In this document: positions 36,626 to 48,415 of the stretch, in pieces
How positions within the stretch are numbered: the first letter of the stretch is position 1
How the letters are laid out: the number at the start of each line of letters is the position of its first letter
Assembly (NCBI RefSeq): GCF_030684315.1
Contig: NC_081366.1
Coordinates: 38,230,078-38,294,077, forward strand
DNA: 64,000 bases
Direction: 5' to 3'
Source of the DNA: Stegostoma tigrinum
Lineage: Eukaryota
Translations under genes and position numbers: made by a program
Notes under the pieces: generated by a model
The model's database searches: none
What the model was told of the DNA's origin: nothing
Seen by the model: the letters and a program-made list of their open reading frames with translations, nothing else

Positions 36626-38293
36626 AATCATACAGTAAACAAGGCCCAACTCTAAAATCTACACAGGTCCCACTTTCCAGTACTTTGCCCATAGCCTGAC
36701 AATCAGATGATGTAGTGTTCATCCAAGTACTTTTTAAATAAAACGGCTTTGGGGTTTCCCACTTCAGTTACATTCCCAGGCATTTTATCCTTCTCCATTT
36801 ACATCAGTACAGTCACTCCACAAGAACCATTCTAGAATCTAATGAATCCTCAAAGAGCAAAAGCATGTAACTGTCATCTTAAATACCTCCCTCAAAATAC
36901 CAAGACTTAGAGAATCTTGCCACTTATTCAAATTATTGCAAATCGCACATTAGCAAGCTCAACCTATTCTCACCCACTTGAAAGGAGTAAGGAGGAGCTA
37001 CTGCTGTGTACAGTCATCAGGAACTCAATAATAGAGTCACTCAGAAGAGGGTAATAATTCTAACAAGTGCTGTATGGATTTATGAAAGGAAGTACTCATT
37101 GGTAGTTAAAAAGAGGAATGGGTAGATGTAACAATATAATTAAATTTTCAAAAGGCATTCAAGACGGTGCCACAAGCTTAATACGAGAAGGGCTCCTAAC
37201 TGCAAACACATGTAGACATGTGGACAAGGAGCAGGTGGAGTGCCATGTGGAATTGAGGCTATTCCTTCTCTATGAGGGTAGGAAATCTTAAATTGAATAG
37301 CAGAGCATGCTCAATGGATTGTTTGTCTTCACCCATATCTATTTCCATCAAATTCCAGAAATACTTTTAAAAATTGAAGAGCTGGATTTTAGTAATGACT
37401 TTAAAAAGAAAAAAATGAGGCATGCACAACCAGTAACACCTTATGTCCCTTCTCCCAAATCTGAGATCATGTTATAAAGACCAGAACCAGATTTATAATT
37501 TTATTCTTTTTAAAAACCAGAACATGTACAATAATGGAGATGAAGACAAATCCAATTCATTTGAATTTTATATTAAAACTAAACTGATACATCACCAAAA
37601 GGCTCAACTTAAAGTTAATAAAAATCTATAATTCACATCTATTTACAGAATTACTCCTATAAGAGTCTAACCTTGAAAAGGGTGTGTAAAATGCAATGGT
37701 TGGAAGCGGAAAAAGAAGAAAAAATTCCAAGCTGCAAAAAAAGTGTACAGAATTGCAAGTGCAACTTGTAAAATATGTAATTTTATCTGGAGAGCATTTT
37801 GACAGAAGCAGAAACAGATAAAATAGTGGCAATATACTGCAGGGTACTGATGAATTAATATTACAAGCCTGCATCAGATCTGATGGCATATGTAAGGAAT
37901 TCAACCAGATTAGTACATTCTCTTCAGTTTACTGTTATTGTCATTTATATCAACAATACTGTAACATTCATTTATTAATACATTAATCAAGAACATCATA
38001 GCACACTAGACTATGCTTCATGTAAGACCATCTTATTACATTCTTAACCAGGTTATTCCAGAAGTTGTTGAGATTAGCAGCACGTTTAGAAGAAGACAGA
38101 CCGTCACGACTGTTTGGATGCAGGAAAACAAATTAGGCAGAAGTACAATCGACGGGTCCATGCAAGATTACAGACCTGATTGCTGAACTAGTAACTATTT
38201 AAGTTCCTCATATCATCCATCCAAGGATTAAAACTTTGATAAATATTTAAAAAGTCAGTGCAATGCCTAGTTAAGGTTTGTAGTCTTGTTGTA

Positions 38294-38320
38294 TTACAAC
38301 GTCTGCAGGAACGTCTTCAC
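38294..38320 (-). CDS. DCK2: deoxycytidine kinase (dCK2-type), exon 7
   Basis: ttcacag acceptor, then GTG AAG ACG TTC CTG CAG ACG TTG TAA = VKTFLQTL*, compare dCK VKEFLSTL*. Confidence 0.9.
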   Translation of the reverse strand: MKTFLQTL

Positions 38321-38821
38321 CTGTGAACAAGAAGTAATGTCACAAGTGATATTACTTGCTATAGGTGTCCTATTTAATTGTTAAGAATCAGTTATCACTG
38401 GATTAACAAAATTAAGTTGCAGGATTTAAAAGTTAATTTTTAAAATACTGAAGCAAATCAGTTGTAGGAAATAAACAAAAAATTTACAGCATTCAGAAAA
38501 CCTGATTAAATTAAAAACAACAGATGGTTAAAAGCAAGTCACATGAAAAGAACTCAAACATGTGAAAATATTTGCAAGGCCCACCACTTGTGTTTTTAAC
38601 TAAAACTGTTGGATTATAACCTGGCATCGTGCAATTTCTGACCTTGTCCACCCCAGTCCAACACCAGCACCTCCAAATCATAACTCAAAAATCTTACATC
38701 TTAAAGATATATTCTGACTAAATATTTATTAGAATACCTCAAAATTTCCCCTCTGTTTGGTTAGGTAGCATATTGCTGGGACAACTCCATAGCTGAACTA
38801 TTTTATCCAATTAGCCAAGCT

Positions 38822-39862
38822 TCAGAAACAAAAACAGAAGTTGCTGGAAAAGCTCAGCAGGTCTGGCAGCATCTGAAGAAAAGCCATGGCCAACATTTCA
38901 GGTTTGGTGAACCTTCCAAGAGCTGATGGTAACTAGAAAAATGTTGGTTTATATGCAGAAGGTGGGGATAGAGCCCAAAGAGAGATCAGTTGCATAGACA
39001 AAGGAGTTGGAACAATCTGGCTGGGAGAATGAATAGCAAATGCAGTAGACTAGATTCTGGGAAGTGCAGGTAAAGTGCACAATGTTTGAGCTCTTGGGTA
39101 CTGGGGAGGGAGGAGGTAAATTGACAGGTGCAGGGGAACGTGCCCTGGGGGTGAAGGAAGAGTGGACCACAGTATCCTGGAGAGAACGTTCCCTGTGGAA
39201 GGTGGACAAGGGAGGAGAATGTGTGCCTGTTGGTGGCAGACGTGGCAGCAGGTGATCTTCTGGATGTGGATGCTGGTGGGATGGTAGTAGGGTCAAGGGG
39301 AACCCTATCACTGTTGCAGGAGGGAAAAGAAGGGATGAGAGCAGAGGTGCTGCAGATGGGTTGGGCTTGGTTTGAAGGCTTTGTCGCCAATGGTGCTGGG
39401 GAATCCTTGGTGGTGGAAGGTGGACATTTTGCAGCCTCCCTTAAATGAAGTTGGCCTGATCAGAACATATGGAGCAGAGACGGAGGAACTGAGAGAATAG
39501 AACAGAGTCTTTACAGGAAGCCAGGTGCAAGTATGTATCGGCCAGGTAGTCTGGGAGATGGTGCATTTATAGTGGATATTAGTGGCTAGCCTATCCCCAG
39601 AAATGGAAACAAATGTCAAGGAAGGAGTCAGAAATAGACCATGTGAAAGTGAGGGCAGGGTGGAAATTGGAAGTGAGAGAGAAAAAAAAAATGAACTTTT
39701 CTAATTCCAGATGAGAGAGGGAAGCAGCACCGATGATATCATCAATACAACCAGACAAAGTTGTGGTAGGTGCCCAGAATAGGACTGGTGCAAGGAATGT
39801 TGCATTTACTATACCAAGAGACAGGCATAAAACTTGGTTACATGGGGTACCCATGGCCATTC
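38822..39862 (-). mobile_element. degenerate Penelope-like element (family B) in DCK intron 6
   Basis: MAMGT, CIDDIIGAASLSHLELEKFI and FTCTSQNLVYCI remnants; family B tail at 38822-38910. Confidence 0.8.
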
Positions 39863-39906
39863 TTCATTGAGGCTGTGAAACAAGTTTAACAATAAATAAA
39901 AAATAC

Positions 39907-40006
39907 CTTGTCTAAAATGTCCTCTTGTTTGATTTTATCATCTTTAAAATCTTCATTAACATCAAGCACTAAAATAGGAATGTCCTTCAAGTATTCAAAG
40001 TCAAGC
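39907..40006 (-). CDS. DCK2: deoxycytidine kinase (dCK2-type), exon 6
   Basis: 100 nt, tttcag/gtattt; (R)[33 protein letters not shown]. Confidence 0.95.
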
Positions 40007-40164
40007 CTGAAAGAAATTATAGTGGTTTTATTTTTTGAAGAAGTTGGGGTATAGAAAAAAAACAGTAAAGTTAAAGTAAGACACAATCTACATTCTACTA
40101 AGATTGCAATATCACTTCCTACAAAAAAGGACAAAAACCTCAAGTTCAAATGGGTCCTACATAC

Positions 40165-40280
40165 CTCATTGTTCGGTTATAAAGCCAAGATTCATGTTTG
40201 TAATGCAGCTTTTCTAGGTACTCCAACTCAATTCCTTGTTCTTCCTCCCTGCCTCTCAAATGGAGGCGCTCCATGCATTT
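40165..40280 (-). CDS. DCK2: deoxycytidine kinase (dCK2-type), exon 5 (lid region)
   Basis: 116 nt, tgaaag/gtatgt; [38 protein letters not shown], with the RxxxRGRxEE lid motif. Confidence 0.96.
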
Positions 40281-40385
40281 CTTTCAAAGACAAAGGACAG
40301 ATTTTTATCACGATTGGAATGTTGAAGTTGCTGTAGCCTTTCAAACAGAAAAGCACCAAAACAAAGAAATCACCTATCTACTTAC

Positions 40386-40533
40386 TTCAGGGGTTGCTCG
40401 AAGGTAGATCAGGGCATCCAACTCGATTTGAGCACCAAACTGATTTAGTATCCAACCATGCCAATCTTGGTAAATCGCCCATTCTGTTTCATTCAGATCA
40501 CCAGATTCAAACAAATTTGAGGCAAATATATAC
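40386..40533 (-). CDS. DCK2: deoxycytidine kinase (dCK2-type), exon 4
   Basis: 148 nt, aaacag/gtaagt; [49 protein letters not shown]. Confidence 0.96.
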
Positions 40534-41117
40534 CTGTTTGGACAGAAAGAAAGCTAGTAAATAATTCAGAATCAAAACAGTCCAAATAATTGTTAGATAC
40601 CAAAAACAGAACCAATTTCTTAGTTCCTTGCTTCAGGCAGGTTTGACCCACAGCGCCATGACCTCTATCATAGAGAGGCCAAGGAAGCAGATGCCACATG
40701 AAAAAAATTGGTGCCATCACATGCAGTTCAATGTGATCCACACAGCATTCCAGTCGATTAAGCTAACTAGCCCACACAAAAAGTCACAATTGCTTTAGCA
40801 AAATACATTTTCTGTTCATATTGGGTTTTGGAGTGAAGGATAGTGATGTTGGGAACTCCTCTGCCACATAGCTGACCAGGAATCTCATCTGTTATTGCAA
40901 CAAGTTACAATTTGATAATCAAGCTAGTTGGCCAGTAAAGAAATGCATTTTTCTGGTCCACCAAATTTTAGAGTGAAACTTGAATCTGGAGCTTACAGTT
41001 CAAAGGCAGTGATGACAGTCAAGTCATCAAGATACACCTGAGAATAAGTCTAAGTGATAATGAATTTTTTGGGTCATTTTATCATCTACACAGAATAAAA
41101 TTAGAAATCTGTCTCAC

Positions 41118-41311
41118 CTGTCACTGTACAGTGATCTTTCAAAGAACTGTACAGGATGTTCAGCCTCTTGAATTTTGGAGCACAGTGGCTTAAGCTGTGC
41201 CCGAACCCTACTCAGGCAAGCATAGGTTTGGAATGTATATGCCCATCTACTTGGCTTGTCATAGAGCATCTGGAGGAGATTGCCACCACTTTTCTGTGAT
41301 GTTGTAAGTTC
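41118..41311 (-). CDS. DCK2: deoxycytidine kinase (dCK2-type), exon 3
   Basis: 194 nt, taaaag/gtgaga; [64 protein letters not shown](R), with the ERS motif. Confidence 0.96.
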
Positions 41312-41657
41312 CTTTTAGGGAAATAAAAAGAGAGTCAGAAACCAGACAAAGTTGAGAAATGTCACCAAAATCTATTTAGCACAAGTTCAAAGTAAGCCTA
41401 ATCCAATAGCTCTGATTGAACAATGATCTCTCAACCATACATTTTCTTTTCAGTATTCAGGCAAGCATTGAAATGACTAATGCAAGAGCTTGCAGCCTAA
41501 CCAATTAAACTAAGTGCCGAAAAAAAAATCAAAAGATTGCAATGAGACACTGAAAATGTATTCGTTTTGTCCCTAACTGGAAAAAAAAAGAAACTATTTT
41601 ACAAAAAAACTTTGAAAGCAGGGATTGAAATCACCTGTGGCCATTTTGTGGGATATT

Positions 41658-41925
41658 CATAGAATCTCTACAATGTGGAAGCAGGCCATTTGGCCATTGA
41701 GTCCACACCGACACCCCAAAGAGAATCCCACCCATATCCTACCCTATTCCCATAACCCCGCTTTTCCACATAGTATCCAGGGATGTGCAGGCTATGAGCA
41801 ATTTAGCATTGTCAGTCCACCTAACCAACACATCTTTGAACTGTGGGAGAAAACCCAGGCAGACATGGAGAGAACGTGCAAATTCCACACAGACAGTTGC
41901 CCAAGGTTAGAACTGAGCCCAGGAT
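41658..41925 (-). mobile_element. degenerate HE1-type SINE in DCK intron 2
   Basis: caatttagc...ccacctaacc..cacatctttgaactgtgggagaaaccc...gcaaattccacacagacag matches 30706-31023. Confidence 0.8.
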
Positions 41926-42072
41926 GTTGCCAAATTCCTTCATTTTTGTTGTACAAAACTGCAACTGTGTTTCCTCAAATGATAGAGAACAATTCCTATA
42001 AAAGATACCAACTCAGTATCTAATCAAAATTTGAAAGACAGCACTATATTAGCACAAGTGAAATTTAATTAC

Positions 42073-42188
42073 CTGGAATTCATCATCCATTGTTTGAACA
42101 TTGCACCATTTGCCAATAGGTTCAGGAACAACTTCCCATTCATCACTGGCTTTTGCCAACATGTGAACAAAAGTGGATTTACCCGCAG
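42073..42188 (-). CDS. DCK2: deoxycytidine kinase (dCK2-type), exon 2
   Basis: 116 nt, caacag/gtaatt; (A)[38 protein letters not shown], completing the P-loop GNIAAGKST. Confidence 0.96.
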
Positions 42189-43124
42189 CTGTTGAAAACA
42201 AGGAAAGTTAAAATGGGATAACTTTTCACAAGAGTAGAACCTCATTGTCTCAAATATTTGTAAATGTTTATTTCTTCTCACTAACAAGTCATGAATGTTT
42301 TAATTGAAGTATAAGTCTTTATTCACATTAACTCCAAAAAGTTTGGCAGTTTAACCTATTTCTGGATCAGCACTGGATCGTATTTTACAGAATATCTGTT
42401 TGTAAGAGAAAGATAATTGACCAACTGATTTAAACCGAAATTACAATACATCTTCATCCCAAAATTGAAAGTTCAGCCATTTTTGTCGCTAATGCAAATT
42501 TCAAGTCGAAAAAACTGTTTACAATCTATTGAAAGAAAGAGCGAGTGTAGTTGTAACATTAATACCTAACAGCTTACAGATAAGGTTAATATAATTAACT
42601 CAAGCAGGAAACTGGACAAAGAAATTACAGAATATAAGATCTTAAAATGCATTTGTAACTCAAATTTAGTTACAGTAGCTCCTCATGTAAAAAACCAAAC
42701 AGCAAGGGGAAGGGAGGATCGTTATTTTTCTTTGTGCGAAATGCCAAGTGTTCTACAAAGTCATCGAGACTGCAAAATATCCATTCGAAAGTTAAAAATG
42801 GGGTGGGATGTATTAAATCTGCCTAAGAGACAGGAAACAGTGAAAAACCATTCTCTTAACTGACACAAGCTTTCCCGCGCAACCGGTTACCAGGATACAA
42901 GCAACAAAAAGTGTCACTAAATCCCACATTCTCAGCCCAGAACATCTCGCCTGGCCCTACTTTTAACACCACAGGACAGAGGAAACATTATTTCAAAGAC
43001 CATTAATTCAACGCCAAGGCCGCCAAGAAATATTGGCGCCAAATTCGCCCCCGAACCCTCCCGACCAGCTTGCACAATTTTTAAAAAGGGGGAAAAGTCA
43101 GTATAAACTGCTTACGTTACTTAC

Positions 43125-43218
43125 CAATATTTCCTTCAATTGAAATTTTCTTCACCCTCTTTTCAAAGCTGTCGTCGAAAGTGGGGCTGACACACATTCT
43201 TTTTGGCGGCGTAGCCAT
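43125..43218 (-). CDS. DCK2: deoxycytidine kinase (dCK2-type), exon 1 coding part
   Basis: ATG at 43218; [31 protein letters not shown], donor gtaagt; the seven exons sum to 795 nt = 264 aa + stop with consistent phases. Confidence 0.96.
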
Positions 43219-43480
43219 AGTCTGGTGTGAACAGTTCCTACCTTCTGGCAAGCAGCGCTAGAAATATTTGAAAGTGGCGGGCTCGGTTCGTATTTGTAGT
43301 ATCGGGAAGTATTGGCCGCGCCTCTCTGCTGGCGTAACTCTAACCCACTGCAGAAGAGCAGCGTCGCTGTTCGTTCATTCATTAATTGCAGCCAATCCAC
43401 TCCTTCCCTAGAACAATGGGCACCTCAATATTGTCGCAGTAACTTCGACTAGGACGACCGGACAAAAGCGTCCCTTTTTA
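43219..43480 (-). promoter_or_regulatory. CpG-enriched DCK 5'UTR/promoter
   Basis: Local CpG retention; TTTGAA 43267-43272, GGCGGG 43276-43281, ETS-like GGAAGT near 43305, CCAAT boxes at 43311-43315 and 43392-43396. Confidence 0.6.
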
Positions 43481-43924
43481 AAGGAGCACAGATAATAAGA
43501 AGCTATATCACATCAAAGAATAGTGAATTTACACGATTAAAGATACTACTGCATCAGCTGCTACAACCGCGGGGTATTGTCAGCATCACCTCCTGAGTGA
43601 AACCTTTTAATCTGTTTTGCCAGCATTTTTTTTTTCCATTTCAGTTTGCGCAATATTTGCCGTCTCTGCCATACATTTCAGTTGCGGTCGATCGAATGCC
43701 TTACGACCCAGTCGAAAAACGCTACGTACTTGCCGGTTAGGAGAATACTGATGTGAAATTCCTACCGTATATGAGTCACATAGTCCATGAGAAGTATTGC
43801 ACAAAGTGTAGGAGGTTGAAAGCTGTGGAAGGAGGATCACCGAAGGTGAGGTTCGTGACAATCCCTGGAAACAATGGCTTGGTGCTCGGAGATGGAATCT
43901 CGATCCAGGGGGAATCTAGAAGGA

Positions 43925-45200
43925 AGTAATCAGAGACAACACAGCGTAGAGCTGGAGGAACAAAGCAGGCCAGGCAGCATCAGAGGAGCGGGAAGTTGAC
44001 GTTTCGGGTCGGGATCCTTCTTCTGAAATAGGGCGGGGAAAGGGAAAGCCGTTCCCTCGCTGTTTGGTCTTTTTCCATAAAGAACTACTGTAACTAAATT
44101 TGAGTTACAATTGCAGGCAGGGCGTGGTGGGGATTTGTCAGTGAGGGGGGTGGGGCGGATCGTTTGGAGAGATAGTAAGACCTGCCGATGCTGGAGTCTG
44201 AGCTAACACAGTGTAGAAGTGGATGAACACAGCAGGCCAGGCAGCGTCAGAGGAGCAGGAATGTTGCTTGGTCAGCTGTGTTCATCTAGCACCACACTTT
44301 GTTATCTCTGTTTCAGGTCAGAACCTTTTTTTCAGAAAATGAGAAATGAAAGAACACGGACAGGTTGGGTCAGGTCCCGGAAGCGTCAATGAGAAGGAGG
44401 GTTGGTCATAGGATGAGGCCTGGGATGGGGAGATATTGAAAGTGGTGAAATCCACATTTAGGCCATTGGGAGGTGTGGCATTCAACCTCTGGCGAGATAG
44501 AGATCAGTTCCCAGAAAACCACAGTACCACCCCTTTAATAGGTTTGATAACAAAACTGAGGTTCAATCTGAGAGAACAGAATGCAGCAAGTTCAGAAAGA
44601 GGCAGGTTAGAGTGAGTGAGAGGAATGGGTAAATTGAAGTGGTTGAAGCTATGCAGGCACAATCAATAAAAAGATTCTGGTGTTGAGGTGCCAGTGTTGG
44701 ACTGGGATGGACAAAGTTAGAAGTCTCTCAACATCAGGTCATAGTCCAACAGGTTAATTTAAAATCACAAGCTTTCGGAGTGCTGTTCCTTCATCAGGTG
44801 AAGTCTGATGAAAAGCTAAGGGAGGCTAGAAGGCCAAAAGGAAGAATCTAGTTGGAAAGAATACTGGAGACAGATTAAAAGGTTTCACTCAAGACTCGGT
44901 GTGAGAGAGATGTTCGCCACTGAAGTGGGTATGGAACTGGAGATGATGGAAGAGTTCAGCATCATTCCAATTTTGAAATTCACTCAGGTACAGGGGAAGA
45001 CTTGCTTAGAACAGATCATTCAAGGTACTGTGTCTACAGGGCAAGCAGTAGGAATAGAAGCAGGGATGTGTCAGAGGTAAGTGAAGGGAGATCTGGAGGT
45101 TGGTACCCAGGATTTCTTGGATTTGCAATCCTTCATATGTATGAGGAAAGGGGGTTGAAATGAGCGTTGAAATGAGACTTGTGACCAGGACAGCTTTAAA
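43925..45200 (-). mobile_element. nested cluster of degenerate PLE fragments upstream of the DCK promoter
   Basis: Family A tail and hammerhead at about 43997-44025, mini inverted element 44168-44310, DKGG-region remnant near 44490-44560, family C insert 44680-44812. Confidence 0.7.
44769..44797 (-). ncRNA. minimal hammerhead motif of a different PLE family (C)
   Basis: Reverse complement CTGATGA-A-GGAACAGCACTCC-GAAAGCTT with palindromic AAGCTT stem III. Confidence 0.55.
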
Positions 45201-45499
45201 ATAATGAGTGCTGCTGACAAGAAAGATCAGAAGTGTTCATCTGATGACACCTGATATTAGGCACAGATCTCAGGGTGCACCCTAAACAAAAGCTCAAAGA
45301 ACATAAATAACTTGGAGATATCCGTAATTGTGTTGGACCCAAAAAAATGGTGGGAGTTTTATCTGGAAGTTGCACTGAGTATGTCAAAGGTGTACGCAGT
45401 CGTAAAACCACGTTACAGATCAGTCAGTATAATTTTGGTATTCGGGATGCTTCTACAAACAATTATTTGAGACAGAAGTAGTACTCATATGGACAAAAG

Positions 45500-46580
45500 G
45501 TGAGTGAATTAGGAAAGTCAACATGGAAAACTAAAGCAGAAATCATGTTCAACTAATTTTCTGGAGTTTTTTAGAAGAGGTAACAGAAAGATTCAATGAG
45601 GTTAACATTGTTGATGTGGTATACTTGGATTTCAAGAAAGCATTTGATAAAATGCCATACAATAGACTTATGAGGAAATTTATAGGTCATGGTATAAAGG
45701 GACAGTCACAACATGAATACAAACTGGCTGATCAATAGGTAACAGAGAGTAATGGTCAATGGATCTTTTTCAGGCTGAAGCAAGGTTTGCAATGGGGTTT
45801 CCCTGGGGTTGGTATTGGAACCGTTGCTCTTCCTGATGTATATTAATGATCTGGACCTTGATGTGTAGGGGACAATTTTGAAGTTTTCAGCTGACAAGAA
45901 ACTTACAGGAATTGATGAGGTTGTCAAGTTGGTAGAGTGGGCAGATAGGTAGCAAATGAGGTACTATGCAGAAAGGCAAAATGATACACTTTGGCTAGAA
46001 GGACATTGAAAGACAATATAACATGGGGGCACGATTCTAAATGGGATGCAGAGGTGGGTGTATATATGTATAGATTATTGAAGCTGGCTGGACAGGTAGA
46101 GAGAACAGTTAATAAAACCTACATTGTCCTCAGCTTTATTAATATGTGTATAGAGTTCAAAAGCAAGGAGGTAACATTACATTTGCGTAAGACTCTTGTT
46201 ACCCCTCAGCTGGAGTATTGGGTATAGTTGTGAGCACACAATATTGCAAAGATGTGGATGCATTGGAGAGAGTACAGAAGTGATTTACTACAAGAATGAT
46301 TCCAGCAATGAGAAACTTCAGTGGAAAAGATAGATTGAAGTGGTCCTGCTTGGTGAAAAGAAGCTGAAAAGAGATTTGATAGAGGTTTTCAAAATCATGA
46401 ACAGGTTGGATAGAGTACATTGGGAAAAAAACTGTTCCTAATTGTAAAAAGGCATAAATTTGAAGTGATGTACAAACAAGCCAGGGAGATGTGAAGAAAA
46501 AAAATCATACAGCAAGTAGTTAGGATACAGGCATGGTGGGCCGAATGGCCCTTTTCTGCACTGTAAACATTCTGTGATTT
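45500..46580 (+). mobile_element. CR1-like LINE RT/3' fragment
   Basis: DVVYLDFKKAFDKMP, YINDLD and KTLVTPQLEY remnants; 3' end ggccgaatggccc...ctgcactgtaaacattctgtgatt. Confidence 0.85.
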
Positions 46581-48029
46581 AGTGAGATGTAAAAGTAAGT
46601 ATTGGGTAATACCTGATTGCTTTCTATTTGTCTTAAATTCAATGAAGGTGAATCAGGGAGAAAAACAAATGGAAATCCCATTGGACACAAGATCTTCAGG
46701 GTGAGCATTTCTGGGTGAGAAGTGGTGGTTGATTAATCACCAATACAAAAGTAATATACCATGCCACTGGAAATCTGAAATAAAACCAGATAATGCTGGA
46801 AATGCTCAACAACAGAGTTAAAGTTTTAGTCAAAGTTTTTCACTCCCCAGACACTGCCTGAAATGCTGAGCAATTCCAATATTTTCTGTTTTCAAATTCT
46901 TTTAAACAGAACATTTTTTTCTTCTCTTATCCCATTACCACTTCCTTTGGCCTTATCTCATGAATTCTTTTGTAATTTAATCTTTCATGTCTTCCACCCT
47001 CTCACATATTTCCCAATTTTTCTACTTACATGGCCTGTTTCTAGCCACATGACGACAAGACTATAACCCCTCCCCTCCTTTTCTTGCTAAACTTCTTATA
47101 TTTCTTGGTCACAATGAATGGCCACAAACTTGAAACCTTAACTCTGGTTCTTTCTTTACAGTTGCTTTTTGACCCGCTGAGTTTTTCCAGCAACTTCTGT
47201 TTTTGTTCTTGTCCTGTACTTAGTCATTTTGATCTTGAAGTGATTGCAATGGGTACTTCAACATTACTTGCTATAGTGTCTTCAATTGCATCAAGCTTTG
47301 TTCTGTTGCCTTCTGCCAAAAAAACTAGCAGCAGAACTTTAAGCCCCCTCAATCCTTGTCTTTGGAGCTCATGGACCCAGTATGAACCCACCCTCCATTA
47401 ATCTGCTTCTAGCTCTTTTGCCCAAATCACAATCATTTCTATTATGCTCTGCGGACTTTGTGTGCTGCTCCTTATATTATTACTATTACTATGAGATATT
47501 TTGCATGTAAAAGCTTTTGTGTACATGCATATTGATGTTGATCACTTCCATTACCAGAGATAAATTAGGTCTCAAAAGGAACATTCCTCGTGTACATTTT
47601 CCTAATTTTCAAGGATTTTTTCCTCATTATCTACTGGTTATCATCATCTGAAACTATTTAATTTTGTAAAGGAATATCTTTAGAAGTCTCCAACTGGCTA
47701 ACAAAGGCAAAGCAAGTGACACTTCAAAACAAATATATAAATTTAGATATAATCATAGATTTTATTCACCTGGCAAGCAAAGTTTGTGGCATGATTTTTT
47801 TTGTGGATTTTGGCAACAAGTTGAGGATTATCAAATCAGCCATGATATCATTGAATGGCAGAGCAGACTCAATTGGCCAAATGGCCTACTTCAGCTGCAA
47901 CATCTTACAATCAATCACAATGTTGTTAGATCACATTGCAGATCTCAACTGGTTCCAATGTTGCTCCATCACAGCTGATTTTACCTACCATGTTGTCATG
48001 GAAGGAAGAAATGACATCGAACAGCGCTG

Positions 48030-48415
48030 GTGGGCACAAAAACATAGGTTGCTGGAAAAGCTCAGCAGGTCTAGCAGCGTCTGTGAAGAAAAAATCAGAT
48101 TAATGTTTTGGGTCCGTTGACCCTTCCTTAGAACAGCTGGTGGCAGCTGATTTTCTCCGGTATAGGCTGTTATTATACTGTGTCTGCTCATGTGGTTGAA
48201 TGCCATAGTAAAACTGATGAAAACAATATATATAGAAAGCAGAGTTAACGTTTTGACTCTGGTAATTCTTCATCAAAACTCCAAGTCAGAGTCGCCAAAC
48301 TCAAAATGTTAACTCTGCTTTTTCTTCAGTGATGCTGCCAGACCTGCTGAGTTTTGCCAGCAATTTCTGTTTCTTTTTCAGATCTCTAGCATCTGCAGTT
48401 GTTTGTTTTATTTTA
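48030..48415. mobile_element. PLE family B tails in inverted arrangement
   Basis: Minus tail 48030-48135, inverted gagttaacgttttga / tcaaaatgttaactc core 48242-48315, plus tail to 48415. Confidence 0.7.

Noticed and set aside
11955-42750. Exact 15-mer gcgaaatgccaagtg at 11955-11969 and 42736-42750
   Set aside because: One or two 15-mer matches are expected by chance in 64 kb, and the flanks do not extend convincingly
47320-47395. Faint MOB1-like peptide (SSRT.KP...QYE)
   Set aside because: Needs a frameshift, spacing is wrong, it is on the opposite strand from that expected by synteny, and there are no other exons
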